This document shows, one piece after another, positions 24,460 through 35,414 of a stretch of 48,822 nt of DNA. A program made the translations under genes and the position numbers. This DNA comes from a virus. Lineage: Duplodnaviria; Heunggongvirae; Uroviricota; Caudoviricetes. The stretch lies in the IMG/VR virus record IMGVR_UViG_2541047788_000006; one strand, 5' to 3'. Below the pieces are notes generated by a model. The model was not told the DNA's origin, did not search any database, and saw only the letters and a program-made list of their open reading frames with translations. How positions within the stretch are numbered: the first letter of the stretch is position 1; every line of letters starts with the position of its first letter.

Positions 24460-26552
24460 CCTCCGGAAGTCAGCCAGGGGTTAACATCGTCAGTTACTGT
24501 TTTCTTCCGTTTTTGTTTTTTAACAGGCGTGGATACCGGTTCCGGTGTGGGTGACGGTTCGGTACTGTCCGGGACACACTCCAGCCAGGTTTCCCGGCTC
24601 GCCCACTCCGGTGCATCCGGCCAGCGGATCTTTTCGTATCCATGCAGAATGACCAGAGCCTCGGCATACACCATCAGGTCAAAAGCTTCGTTGGCACCGC
24701 GACCCGGCTTACTCCATTTCCCGTCACTGCTCCGCTCTTCATACGTCAGTTCGTCGTAAAACCAGCTCCCCAGCCAGTCAGGGAAATGCACATAGCCGGG
24801 ACCTGGCGAGTCACGCCATAACGCGTTATTCACCCGGTCTTTCAGGGCATCCGTCTGAAGAAGCCAGAGCGGCACATCACCTGCGGCCTGCGCCCGGCGG
24901 CCCGTTCGTCCGGTGTTATCAGGGAATGTACGGCTGATCAGTTTTGCGCGCCGGATGCTGTCACCCTTAAACAGGTAAATACGTTTACCAAGGCCATCAC
25001 GACGGCAACGACGCCAGAATTTATAGGCATTATCAGTGACCCCGTCTTCACCGCCGGAGTCCACCGCCATTGCCATCAGTCGCATTTGTTGAGAAGGATC
25101 GGAGGCCAGCGGCCAGCTTTTATGAAAAACATCCGTCAGCAGGACATCCCAGTCTTCCGGATAGCTGGCCGGATCAATTCGCTGGCTCTCCCCGTCGCTG
25201 TCACCGCGCAATGACTGCGTGATGTTGTAACGATCAATAATCCAGCGTTCGCCACGGCTGCCATAGCCCGTTACCTGAACCACAAAACGGCGATGACGTC
25301 CCGCCTGCACATCCACTGTCGCCACAAGGAAATTAACGCCATCCGGCACACTGCGGGAAGGAACTGGCTCTGCCCGCTGCTCAAGCAATTCACTTTTTCG
25401 TTGCTCCATGCTGGCGCGGGGAAGATAAGGTAATCCCCAGTCGGTATTGATAACCGTCTTGAGTGTCTCTTCACTTCCGGTTGTCTCGTATTCCTGTTCT
25501 GCAGTAAGCAGTTTGTAAACGAGTTGCGAGAGTGTCTGATAAGCAGCTGCCGGACCCTCCATCCAGAATGACGCAATACGTGAACGCCGGGGATCACCAT
25601 AACGACTGCCATCTGCATTGATGGATTCACCATCCCGTAACCAGACCCCACGTCCGTTCAGCTCGCGTTTTTGTTCAGGCAAAATCCGTCCTGAACAGGA
25701 AGGACACTGAATATAAGCCGCCTCACTTGCCAGCACAGGATCGGCAATATCACGGAAACCAGCAACCACATCGCCGCAGGGCTGAAAATACTCACCACAG
25801 TGTGGACAGGGCCAGTACCAGCGACGGCGATCGCCACGGTTATAGAGCGACAGGATCCCCGTGGTTGGTGGAGCCTCATGCGGTGAAGTCCGTCGCCATT
25901 TCACATCCTTCACATCCCTGCCGGGGGAACTCTCCACCAGCGTCATACCACTGGACATAAATGTGGTGGTACGTTTTGAGGCAAGAGAGAAGGCATCCCC
26001 CTCACCATCAATATCTTCCGGAAAACGGTCATAATCCGTCAGCGCCACGCATTTATAATCTGATGAAGACATGATATTGACTGACGGCCAGCCGATTTTC
26101 AGGTAGTTGCCAGCAAGGAATGTTCTGTCATAAACGTTGTTGTCATTTTTGTTCGGACTCAGGCGACTGACCACTTCCGGGCTGACGCGAAACGTTCTGG
26201 CGAGTCGTTTTTTGGAGTGTTCGCGGGCTTTTTCCTCCGTCATCTGAATGATCAGCATATCAGCAGGATCGCAAATCACGTTGTAAATCACCCAGCCGTC
26301 AATCAGGCCGATAGTCTTGCCGGTTCGTGCCGGGCCAACAAATATCACTGCGTCGTATTCACGCGAGGCCAGGCAGTTCATAGGCTCAATAACATACGGT
26401 GCCACCAGCGGATCCCACGGGACTGAGTTCCCTGCCCCCATAGGCACCCGCATATACTGAGCAACGGCATCAGCAACCCGCATTCGTCTCGGTGCGCGAA
26501 GGATATAACCTGAATCGGTTCGTGCTGCCTTTGCGGTTTCCTGATTCAGCAT
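24450..26552 (-). CDS. terL: terminase large subunit (lambda gpA-like)
   Basis: 700-aa ORF with Walker A-like VGPARTGKT and a C-terminal nuclease region; 1-nt overlap with terS. Confidence 0.9.
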   Translation of the reverse strand: MLNQETAKAARTDSGYILRAPRRMRVADAVAQYMRVPMGAGNSVPWDPLVAPYVIEPMNCLASREYDAVIFVGPARTGKTIGLIDGWVIYNVICDPADMLIIQMTEEKAREHSKKRLARTFRVSPEVVSRLSPNKNDNNVYDRTFLAGNYLKIGWPSVNIMSSSDYKCVALTDYDRFPEDIDGEGDAFSLASKRTTTFMSSGMTLVESSPGRDVKDVKWRRTSPHEAPPTTGILSLYNRGDRRRWYWPCPHCGEYFQPCGDVVAGFRDIADPVLASEAAYIQCPSCSGRILPEQKRELNGRGVWLRDGESINADGSRYGDPRRSRIASFWMEGPAAAYQTLSQLVYKLLTAEQEYETTGSEETLKTVINTDWGLPYLPRASMEQRKSELLEQRAEPVPSRSVPDGVNFLVATVDVQAGRHRRFVVQVTGYGSRGERWIIDRYNITQSLRGDSDGESQRIDPASYPEDWDVLLTDVFHKSWPLASDPSQQMRLMAMAVDSGGEDGVTDNAYKFWRRCRRDGLGKRIYLFKGDSIRRAKLISRTFPDNTGRTGRRAQAAGDVPLWLLQTDALKDRVNNALWRDSPGPGYVHFPDWLGSWFYDELTYEERSSDGKWSKPGRGANEAFDLMVYAEALVILHGYEKIRWPDAPEWASRETWLECVPDSTEPSPTPEPVSTPVKKQKRKKTVTDDVNPWLTSGGWL

Positions 26553-27046
26553 TACTCCTCCTGCTGTAATTCCTCCTCATCATCCGCACCTGCTTCAGTC
26601 ACCCGCAGGGCTATCTGATCGCGCAGATCATCAATAATGGACTGAACACGGCTCACAGCGGCAGGCTGCAGACCGCAGTCACGTTCAAGAATATCCGGTA
26701 ATGTCTCCAGCACCTGCACGACCGCTTTTGCCCAGATGGCAAACTCCCGTCTGACATCACTGGCCGGAATGAGTTGTGCCGTTTCCTGTTCGAACTTAAG
26801 ACGCTCACGTTCAGACTGATACCAGGCTTTGCGCTCATGCGCGTCCATTTCGCCTTCTGCAACCGGCGGTGGTAATGCCAGAAATGCCGACACAATATCA
26901 ACCACCCGATAAAGCTTGAGGTTGCTTTCATGCCCCCCTGCAACGGGTAGATTTTGCAGCCTTGCCGCAGCAGTCTGGCGATGTACACCTGACAATGCCG
27001 CCAGTTGACTGATATTCAGCGTCAGATTTTTTAACTCTCGATCCAT
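26552..27046 (-). CDS. terS: terminase small subunit (Nu1-like, N-terminal HTH)
   Basis: 164 aa; N-terminal HTH-like segment (LNISQLAALSGVHRQTAAARL), acidic C-terminus; directly upstream of terL and downstream of the cos-like site. Confidence 0.7.
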   Translation of the reverse strand: MDRELKNLTLNISQLAALSGVHRQTAAARLQNLPVAGGHESNLKLYRVVDIVSAFLALPPPVAEGEMDAHERKAWYQSERERLKFEQETAQLIPASDVRREFAIWAKAVVQVLETLPDILERDCGLQPAAVSRVQSIIDDLRDQIALRVTEAGADDEEELQQEE

Positions 27047-27209
27047 ACCCGCTCCAGAATGTTTTAAACATGCATCTTGCGAACAACTTTAGGCAAACGG
27101 TGTTAGTGATGAACAAAAAACAATCAGAATCGACACCATAAAAATAAATCCACTGTAATATCAATCAATTACAGTAGTGGTGATGACGAATAAAATTTCA
27201 AAAACTAGC

Positions 27210-27290
27210 CTTTTTCCGCGACGCTCCCGCCCCGTGGCAGGGGCCCCCACCGGGAGGACCCGACAGCCTGACAGCCTGACAGCCGTGACG
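27210..27290. promoter_or_regulatory. candidate cos site (cosN-like core plus flanking repeats)
   Basis: Minus-strand sequence ACGGGGCGGGAGCGTCGCGG closely resembles the lambda cosN cohesive-end sequence GGGCGGCGACCTCGCGG as recalled; located ~170 bp upstream of terS; adjacent triple tandem GACAGCCT at 27262..27285. Confidence 0.5.
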
Positions 27291-27608
27291 AGCATCTGAT
27301 ACAGCGCTTTACATAATGGCATAGGAATAATTCAGAAGGACATCACAGCATGCCCACACAAATTAGTGTGAGTGTCCTGTTTCTTCCTACGCACAGGACT
27401 GACGAGCATGAGGGGAAAATATGCGAACCATAAATGCCTCATCTTCAGCAATGCAGCCGGCATCCGAACAGGACGATATTGTAAATTCACCTAATTACGA
27501 GGACATTGCAGTAGTTGAATTGCAGCTCTGTATTAGCCTGACAGTGACAGAATGCGATATTGACTCTGTCACAGGTGAAATAGTTTGAATGATTAGCAGT
27601 TATGGTGC

Positions 27609-27815
27609 TCAGTCAACCACCAGGGAATAATCCTTCGAATTCTTATCGTGCTTCACCAACGCTGCCTCAATTGCCCTGAATGCTTCCAGAGACACCTGAT
27701 GTTCTATACATGCAATTACAACATCCGGGTAACTCATAGAAATGGTGCTATTAAGCATATTTTTTACACGAATCAGATCCAACGAGAGTTCATCAGCAGA
27801 TTGTTCTTTATTCAT
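27609..27815 (-). CDS. ynfO: small prophage protein YnfO-like
   Basis: 68-aa ORF; symbol from Qin gene order (terS/nohA - ynfO - ydfO - gnsB - ynfN - cspI) and remembered sequence. Confidence 0.5.
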   Translation of the reverse strand: MNKEQSADELSLDLIRVKNMLNSTISMSYPDVVIACIEHQVSLEAFRAIEAALVKHDKNSKDYSLVVD

Positions 27816-28115
27816 TTTGTCGCTCCATGCGTTTGCTCGTCATCTAGCGGTTAAAATATTACTTCAAATCTTACTGCATAAAAGAGGAAAAGTATGAAAG
27901 TTTGAGTACATCGACCTTACATACATCTGTCGGTTGCATATCCCTCCTGGATGCCAGCAAGGCTCAATTTTGTTACGCAATCAACACTATTCATTAAAAA
28001 CAGGCTTAATATTTGACATAAATCATCAACAAAACACAAAGAGGTCAGACCAGATTAAAACAATAAACACGATAATGCAAACTACGCGCCATCGTATCAC
28101 ATGGAAGGTTTACCA

Positions 28116-28526
28116 ATGGCTCAGGCTGCCATTTTTAAAGAAATATTCGATCAAGTGCGTAAAGATTTAAACTGTGAATTATTTTATTCTGAGCTAAAAC
28201 GTCACAATATCTCACTTTATATTTACTATTTAGCCACAGATAATATTCACATTGTGTTAGAAAACGACAACATAGTGTTAGTAAAAGGACTCAAAAAGGT
28301 TGTAAATGTTAAATTCTCCAGAAACAAACATCTTATAGAGACCTCCTATAATAAGTTGAAATCAAAAGAAATCACATTTCAACAATACAGGGAAAATCTT
28401 GCTAAAGCAGGAGTTTTCCGATGGGTTACAAATATCCAGGAACACCAAAGATATTACTATGCCTTTGATAACTCATTACTATTTACTGAAAGCATCCAGA
28501 AAACTACACAGATCTTACCACGCTAA
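28116..28526 (+). CDS. ydfO: YdfO-like protein (DUF1398-type)
   Basis: Start at [31 protein letters not shown], matching the remembered YdfO N-terminus; plus strand, opposite to neighbours. Confidence 0.7.
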   Translation: MAQAAIFKEIFDQVRKDLNCELFYSELKRHNISLYIYYLATDNIHIVLENDNIVLVKGLKKVVNVKFSRNKHLIETSYNKLKSKEITFQQYRENLAKAGVFRWVTNIQEHQRYYYAFDNSLLFTESIQKTTQILPR

Positions 28527-28677
28527 ACCATAACGTCCGGCTTCTCTCACTCCTGAGCCGGACTGCATTGGTTTAATAAAAACCATCAACAATTGTGATT
28601 TAGATATTCGGAACCATTCAAATATAACAAAACCCCGTAAAAACGAGGTTTATGGATAAATTTTATTATTGAATACA

Positions 28678-28851
28678 TCAGATTAAATTAATCTTGACAT
28701 CATAGCTTTCAAGACCCGTCATTTTTTCCCGTGCGGTAAACTGAATACTGGTAACTTCTTTCCCGGTCTTTTTCTTAAGTTCAATAATTTTTTTTGTTAT
28801 ATATTCAGAAATATCTGCTTCTGCTTTTGTTTTTAAGTTTTCAATATTCAT
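28678..28851 (-). CDS. gnsB: GnsB-like small protein
   Basis: 57-aa ORF (below the ORF-track cutoff) MNIENLKTKAEADISEYITKKIIELKKKTGKEVTSIQFTAREKMTGLESYDVKINLI; GAGGAA ribosome-binding site upstream; resembles GnsA/GnsB as recalled. Confidence 0.7.
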   Translation of the reverse strand: MNIENLKTKAEADISEYITKKIIELKKKTGKEVTSIQFTAREKMTGLESYDVKINLI

Positions 28852-29022
28852 CATTTCCTCTTTTAGTCTGTTATGACTTTCCAGTTACACAGTAAGTCGA
28901 TTATATGGTGCAAACGTGTAAAAGATAAGATGAAACATCGCAATAATCAACATACGATAGTCTAAATTTTACACAAACAGACAAAGAGAATTTTCCTGAA
29001 TTATCAATACAATAGCATCAAA

Positions 29023-29253
29023 TCAACTCAAGAGCCTTATTGCTGCTTCCAGAATTTCTTCTGAAGTAACATGTCGATCCGCGGCTACATAAATGACTTT
29101 ATGATCTCCGGTCAGAGATGGAAACCCTGCGGCCATTACAGTAAGGTGTGTTTTTTCGCCATTTGGATATTCACGCATGATGGTGTTAACTCCAGTCATC
29201 GCTGGCACTACCACTGCTGGTTCAGAGTTAAAAAAAACTATGATTTTTTTCAT
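29023..29253 (-). CDS. ynfN: small prophage protein YnfN-like
   Basis: ORF 29023..29295; likely start MKKIIVFFNSEPAVVVPAMTG; symbol by Qin gene order next to cspI. Confidence 0.45.
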   Translation of the reverse strand: MKKIIVFFNSEPAVVVPAMTGVNTIMREYPNGEKTHLTVMAAGFPSLTGDHKVIYVAADRHVTSEEILEAAIRLLS

Positions 29254-29295
29254 GATGTTACCGTAGTATGTGAGTATCCATCGAATAGATACCAA

Positions 29296-29320
29296 GCAAA
29301 AAAGCTCCCGAAGGAGCCTT
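29296..29320 (-). terminator. rho-independent terminator (minus strand)
   Basis: Minus-strand stem GCTCC / GGAGC with loop TTCG followed by UUUUUUG; lies downstream of cspI and upstream of ynfN. Confidence 0.5.
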
Positions 29321-29524
29321 CATTTTCACTTTTTTAAATCCAACGACAGACGGCTGGCATTTAAGTATTGTGAAATATTATCAAATGTAATCATCATTGA
29401 TTTACAAAAGATACATTTTGCCCCGAAAGGATTCATGTCAGAAACATCAAAAGATGATGTTCTATACTGGGAACCATGACAACACGGGCATCTAAAGTGA
29501 ATATGGTTTGTAATATTGTCTACC

Positions 29525-29737
29525 TCAAAGCGCCACTACATGAACAGCGGCAGGACCTTTAGGTCCGTTCTCAATACCAAATTCAACTTCCTGATTCTCA
29601 GTTAATGTTTTGAAATCGTTGCTCTGAATTGCTGAGAAATGGACAAACACATCTTTGCTGCCATCTTTCGGCGTGATGAAACCAAAACCTTTTTCAGGGT
29701 TAAACCATTTCACTAAACCAGTCATTTTGTTAGACAT
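29525..29737 (-). CDS. cspI: cold shock protein CspI
   Basis: 70 aa [38 protein letters not shown]... with RNP1/RNP2 motifs; long AT-rich 5' leader (29738..30100) typical of cold-shock genes. Confidence 0.9.
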   Translation of the reverse strand: MSNKMTGLVKWFNPEKGFGFITPKDGSKDVFVHFSAIQSNDFKTLTENQEVEFGIENGPKGPAAVHVVAL

Positions 29738-30100
29738 AATTATTACCTTTTGAAGAAATTAGCCCTTGGGCAGAATGGTCCGAAAAAAAATATCAGAGAG
29801 AAAAACCAACAAGGAAATCTCAAGAGGTACAAATAATAAAATTATAACAATGACTGCTTCAGATAAATTTGTAACAAACCAGAACACCATTAACGCATGA
29901 TTAACCACCCATAGCAAGGATTACTTTTGTAAAGAAAAACACAGCAATGAAAGAATAGCTTTATTTATTAATAATAACGTGTCATTCTGATTAAGACCTT
30001 TTATCTTACCCTTAAGATTTCAGGAATTTTGGCTCATGGAAGAGTCCTTTTTATTTAAATTTTACATTCCGCGATGTAAATGTTCCGATTTAATATTACC

Positions 30101-31124
<1,024 letters not shown>

Positions 31125-31128
<4 letters not shown>

Positions 31129-31412
31129 ATATATTTATGATGAGGACGCTCGTGCTTATTGGCAGGATTTTCAATCTTAAAGGAGTACTGATGCTGCAGA
31201 TAAGACTCAACTTTTTCTGACAATTTTTCTGCTACTTCCAGGAAGACTTGCCGGACGCTCCTTCTGGCTGCTGCCTCATAAAACTCCAGCGCAGCTCCTT
31301 CAACACGGTCCATGGCGACATCCAGGTCAAAAATTTCACCGTCAAAGCGTTCTTTGTCCTGTAAGGCTACAGTTACCGTAACTTTATTCTCAAAATTACG
31401 GACTCCTTTCAC
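31125..31412 (-). CDS. ydfR: small protein inserted between holin and endolysin (YdfR-like)
   Basis: 95-aa ORF; ATGA-type overlap with the endolysin start; symbol from Qin order. Confidence 0.5.
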
Positions 31413-31440
31413 AACCAGTTCATAGTCTTGAGTCGTTGGA

Positions 31441-31656
31441 TTACTCTCCTCTCGCAGCCTTACGCCTGTCTTCTTTAATCTTGAAATAAAGATTTGTCAG
31501 ATACGTCAGCAGGCCAAAAACCAGGCTACCCAGCACACCGATTGCAGCCCACTGTGACGGAGTTACTTTATCGAGTAACTGCAATGCCCAGAAACCAGCA
31601 TTACCCGCCGATGTGCCATAGGCAACACCTGTTGTTAACTTATCCATTGATTTCAT
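31441..31656 (-). CDS. essQ: pinholin (phage 21 S21-type) with dual-start motif
   Basis: 71 aa [71 protein letters not shown]; two TM segments and a Met-Lys-Ser-Met dual start; the ORF track's longer upstream extension is probably not translated. Confidence 0.85.
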   Translation of the reverse strand: MKSMDKLTTGVAYGTSAGNAGFWALQLLDKVTPSQWAAIGVLGSLVFGLLTYLTNLYFKIKEDRRKAARGE

Positions 31657-31875
31657 ATCCTCACCCCGATGTACACGGATGGTGCAATATGTTTGAAAAG
31701 ATCGGAGTCTACGGGGTAGTTTTGACAGCACACGTTGTTCTCAACGGCGCTAAAAAAACATACACATTAAAAATGTGGGTAATTATTTTGAAAGAAAGTC
31801 ATATATAAAATAATAATACGAGAAATGTTTTCATATTTAGTGTACTGTATACGGCCATTTATACAGGAAAAGCCT

Positions 31876-32046
31876 ATGTCAGAACGTAAAAACTCAAAAT
31901 CACGCCGTAATTATCTCGTTAAATGTTCCTGCCCAAACTGCACCCAAGAGTCAGAACACAGTTTTTCAAGAGTACAAAAAGGTGCCCTTTTGATCTGCCC
32001 TCATTGCAACAAAGTATTCCAGACAAATCTTAAAGCTGTAGCCTGA
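31876..32046 (+). CDS. ynfU: small zinc-ribbon protein (YnfU-like)
   Basis: 56-aa ORF MSERKNSKSRRNYLVKCSCPNCTQESEHSFSRVQKGALLICPHCNKVFQTNLKAVA with CxxC...CxxC; start at the internal ATG of ORF 31825..32046. Confidence 0.5.
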   Translation: MSERKNSKSRRNYLVKCSCPNCTQESEHSFSRVQKGALLICPHCNKVFQTNLKAVA

Positions 32047-32103
32047 TTGATTTTATTAGTAACAAGTATTTTTTATATTTTAATAATATATTTAAAGCAG
32101 ATA

Positions 32104-32127
32104 ATAAAAAACCCGCCTGAGCGGGTT
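32104..32127 (-). terminator. rho-independent terminator (better on the minus strand)
   Basis: Stem CCCGC / GCGGG with loop CTGA; a U6 run follows on the minus strand, only UUU on the plus strand. Confidence 0.5.
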
Positions 32128-32409
32128 TGAGATTGTGGTGCTTTTTGTGGGAGTCATCCACTTACGCACTTTGTTTTGCCATGCCAGCAGTTAGCTTCTG
32201 CTGTAAAACTATTCATGCAGCAAACCTGCACTTCACCACAATGGTTAGCATACTTTTCCTGATTAAGATTTTGCCAAATATGCTAGCCATTGTTTCATGT
32301 ATTGGACCTCCTTACTTTTTATTAAAGAGATCCAATATTCACTACTCTGTCCGTATCTCTACTCAGGCATCAGCCTTCTTCGTTATCGTATACAGACGAG
32401 CGATGAATT

Positions 32410-32625
32410 TTAATCAGTAATGATGACATTTGCTGCTGCAGGACCTTTAGCACCACTCTCTATAGAGAAGGTAACCTTTTGACCTTCAAATAAGGTTCGA
32501 TAATTATCATTCTGAATCGCAGAAAAATGCACAAACACATCTTTACTACCATCAACAGGAGAAATAAAGCCGAAACCTTTATCAGCGTTAAACCATTTTA
32601 CTAAACCAGTCATTTTATTTGACAT
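32410..32625 (-). CDS. cspB: cold shock protein CspB
   Basis: 71 aa [67 protein letters not shown]... Confidence 0.9.
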   Translation of the reverse strand: MSNKMTGLVKWFNADKGFGFISPVDGSKDVFVHFSAIQNDNYRTLFEGQKVTFSIESGAKGPAAANVIITD

Positions 32626-32925
32626 TCTACATTCCTTAACTTGAGCCTTTCGGCATAAATGGTTTGCATAACAGAAACGACTTCGTACTTAATTGGAGAG
32701 ACTCAAAGAAGGAATAAGTGAATAACACCTGAAATGAGAACTGCTTTAGTAAACTACTTCGTATATCGTCTGTTCTTCAAACCGACGCAATCATTAACGC
32801 ATAGTTGAACATATGAAGCAATGTTTATTTTAGACATCCAGCCATCTTCAACCCCATCAAAAAACTATAGCTTTCTTCAGGAACGTGTGTATAGTGCGCC
32901 AAGTTATCAGTATTAAGGAATTTTT

Positions 32926-33138
32926 TTGTCCCGTAAAATGACAGGAATTGTCAAAACCTTTGACGGCAAAAGCGGCAAGGGTCTTATCACCCCATCCGAT
33001 GGTCGTATCGATGTCCAGCTTCATGTTTCAGCGCTCAATCTCCGCGATGCAGAAGAAATTACCACCGGATTACGCGTGGAATTTTGCCGGATAAATGGTC
33101 TGCGTGGCCCTTCAGCTGCCAATGTTTACCTTTCATGA
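32926..33138 (+). CDS. cspF: cold-shock-domain protein CspF/CspH-type
   Basis: 70 aa [70 protein letters not shown]; divergent from cspB. Confidence 0.85.
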
Positions 33139-33431
33139 GCTATATTAAAGCTTTAATTTCAGGCCCCATCGGATCACACATGGAGAGTTTTTATGAATAA
33201 CCCCGTCTGTCTTGATGACTGGTTGATTGGCTTTAAAAGCTTATGCTGTACTTTGGCCGTAATAGCTCTGCTAATAATATAATAAGCAGACTCATTGTGT
33301 TTAGGGACATTGTACTGGAAGAAAATATTTTAAACATCAGGCAAATAACCAAGTCACCAGCTAAATAATAAGTTAACAGACATGAGTCCCGGGATGAGAT
33401 TCAACATTACCATTGCCCCATTTAAAGCACA

Positions 33432-33458
33432 AAACCCGCTCATCAGCGGGTTTTCTAC
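33432..33458. terminator. bidirectional rho-independent terminator (candidate tR' on the minus strand; cspF terminator on the plus strand)
   Basis: Stem CCCGCT / AGCGGG with loop CATC, U-rich runs on both strands; ~100 bp downstream of the quuQ stop. Confidence 0.55.
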
Positions 33459-33499
33459 TTTTTCTTAACGTCGGGTATACAAAGCCCATCGTTGAAAAA

Positions 33500-33528
33500 A
33501 TTTTATCCATATTTTTTGAAAAATGCAA
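33500..33528 (-). promoter_or_regulatory. candidate late promoter (PR'-like) downstream of Q
   Basis: Minus strand: -35 TTGCAT (33528..33523), 17-bp spacer, -10 TAAAAT (33505..33500); located between the quuQ stop and the terminator at 33432..33458. Confidence 0.4.
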
Positions 33529-33559
33529 ACATCATGTCGCCATCTTCAGCAAAAATCAT

Positions 33560-34312
33560 TTATCTCGTCACCTTCCTCAATTGCGCTTCCGCGTATGCTT
33601 CTTCCTGCCAGCACTTTGTTACCAGTTTATCAATGACGTCCGCATACCCCTTATACCACTGATAATCGGTCAGGTCTGGTACCAGCTTCTGGACATGACG
33701 TCGTGCCAGCGTGGTCGGTAAACGACTAAATCGGTTTCCATTACAACGCCCACAAATCTTATATACCGGTACGCCATGAAACCGGGTTCTTTTTTCATCC
33801 AGAACAATCCCTTTACCCTTACACCCTCTGCACGCTGTGCTGACTTCGCCCTTACCATGGCAATGCTGACATAGTTCCTTCACCCATTCTTCCTTGATTA
33901 CAGATTCCCCGCGTCTGTAGTGTTTCACCACTTCGCGCAATACATTATAAAATCCCGTACCTGAACAATGCTCACAGCGAGCCTTACTTGCCGCAGACCT
34001 GGAGTAATCAGCAAAGGCAAAATTCACAAGGTAAGGAATAATCTGTAACCGGATTTCTTCACTCAATTTGTTCAATGTCGGGTTATCCAGTGCCATCGCG
34101 TAATTTAGCAGGCCTTCAATCGCAAACTGAGGGTCCTGAACACCAACTTTTGCCAGAAATAAGGCCAACCCAAGTGGTGCTTTCGACTGCACCATCCCCT
34201 GCGCTGCCATTACATCCGTAATTGTTAAACAACCGGTGCCTGTCGCTGGAGCGTCATCGCTCAATTTTGGAGATTTTGGGGAGTAATATTTTGGTAAGGC
34301 TTCAAGGTTCAT
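33560..34312 (-). CDS. quuQ: late-gene antiterminator Q
   Basis: 250 aa with Cys-rich zinc-binding region (CEHCSGTGF...CQHCHGKGEVSTACRGCKGKG...CGRCNGN); sits upstream of the lysis cassette. Confidence 0.85.
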   Translation of the reverse strand: MNLEALPKYYSPKSPKLSDDAPATGTGCLTITDVMAAQGMVQSKAPLGLALFLAKVGVQDPQFAIEGLLNYAMALDNPTLNKLSEEIRLQIIPYLVNFAFADYSRSAASKARCEHCSGTGFYNVLREVVKHYRRGESVIKEEWVKELCQHCHGKGEVSTACRGCKGKGIVLDEKRTRFHGVPVYKICGRCNGNRFSRLPTTLARRHVQKLVPDLTDYQWYKGYADVIDKLVTKCWQEEAYAEAQLRKVTR

Positions 34313-34325
34313 GCTCGTTCTCCAC

Positions 34326-35414
34326 TTACGCCAGTACGCCAGTTGCCAGCGCGCGATCGATAAAACGAAATATCAGCTCCAGTTGGGAGCCATACTTCTC
34401 TTCAAATGCCACTGTATCCGTATGCAGCTCGTTGTGATGCTTTCTGCACAAAGGCAACACAAAGAGATCATGTGCTTTTGTTCCCATTCCGCCCTGCCCG
34501 TGACCAATCAGATGATGCGGATCGTCGGCTGGCATACCGCAGCAAGCACACGGCTGTGTCTTAACCCAACGAGTGTATTTCTCCTTAACCCAGCGGCGAC
34601 GTTTAGGCAGCTTCATGAAAGATTCCGGAGACTCTGGATCAACGGTGATGCTTACCACCGTCTTTTCCTGTGGTGGTTTTTGTTGCTGGTGGGCGTAAGG
34701 CAACGGTGCAAGATTTTCTGTGCGTTGTTTCAATATGCTGGTGGCGGTCTGCTCTCCCTGTACGATGTCGCTTTCGCGGTACACCGAGCAGATTTTTTCC
34801 GCTGGTAATCCCAGCGAACGACGCGATACAGCCTCAGGTAGTGCATCCACCACCTGATTGCAGACCGCCCACCAGGATAATTCAGCCAAAGATAATTCCC
34901 GCTCCTGCGTACCGCTTATTGCGTGACGGATGACGTCAATCACCCATGCTGTCAGATTTTGTTGAGCAAGCAGCTCCAGTGATTCCGATGTCTGGTCACG
35001 CAGTTGGTTGTCGCAGTGCCAGCACAACACCATTGCGCCGGTACCATAACGGTGAATGACTGTTTCAGTGTGATGGTAATCGCCATTAGGCCACTGGCAG
35101 GATGTAACATGACGTAATAGCCAGTCAGACAATGCGCCAACGCCGCCAGTAGCACGAATCACCCGTTCGTTACTAAAAAACGGCAGCAATGTTTTGTCTT
35201 CTGCCAGCGGCTGGCGAACGGCAGGAACGACTCCGGATGGCAGATTTCGCATGCTTTTTGGTTCCGGTTCCACCAGCACTCGAGGATTATGAAATATCTG
35301 TATGGATTCACGGCCCGGCTTAAGGACCACCAGCCCAAGCTCAGGCACCAGAACAGGTCTAAGTAATACCCGCACGTTACCTCCAGATCCGTTGCTGGAA
35401 AGTGCGGGACGCAC
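34326..35414 (-). CDS. ydfU: DUF968-type protein with C-terminal HNH-like motif (YdfU-like)
   Basis: 362-aa ORF; C-terminal CACCGMPADDPHHLIGHGQGGMGTKAHDLFVLPLCRKHHNELH resembles an HNH/Zn-finger nuclease motif; start uncertain (overlaps the upstream ORF). Confidence 0.6.
   Translation of the reverse strand: MRPALSSNGSGGNVRVLLRPVLVPELGLVVLKPGRESIQIFHNPRVLVEPEPKSMRNLPSGVVPAVRQPLAEDKTLLPFFSNERVIRATGGVGALSDWLLRHVTSCQWPNGDYHHTETVIHRYGTGAMVLCWHCDNQLRDQTSESLELLAQQNLTAWVIDVIRHAISGTQERELSLAELSWWAVCNQVVDALPEAVSRRSLGLPAEKICSVYRESDIVQGEQTATSILKQRTENLAPLPYAHQQQKPPQEKTVVSITVDPESPESFMKLPKRRRWVKEKYTRWVKTQPCACCGMPADDPHHLIGHGQGGMGTKAHDLFVLPLCRKHHNELHTDTVAFEEKYGSQLELIFRFIDRALATGVLA

Noticed and set aside
27262-27285. 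Triple tandem GACAGCCT repeat, considered as a possible CRISPR-like or satellite array
   Set aside because: Only three 8-bp units with no spacers; it lies within the cos-like region and is better explained as a packaging or DNA-bending element.
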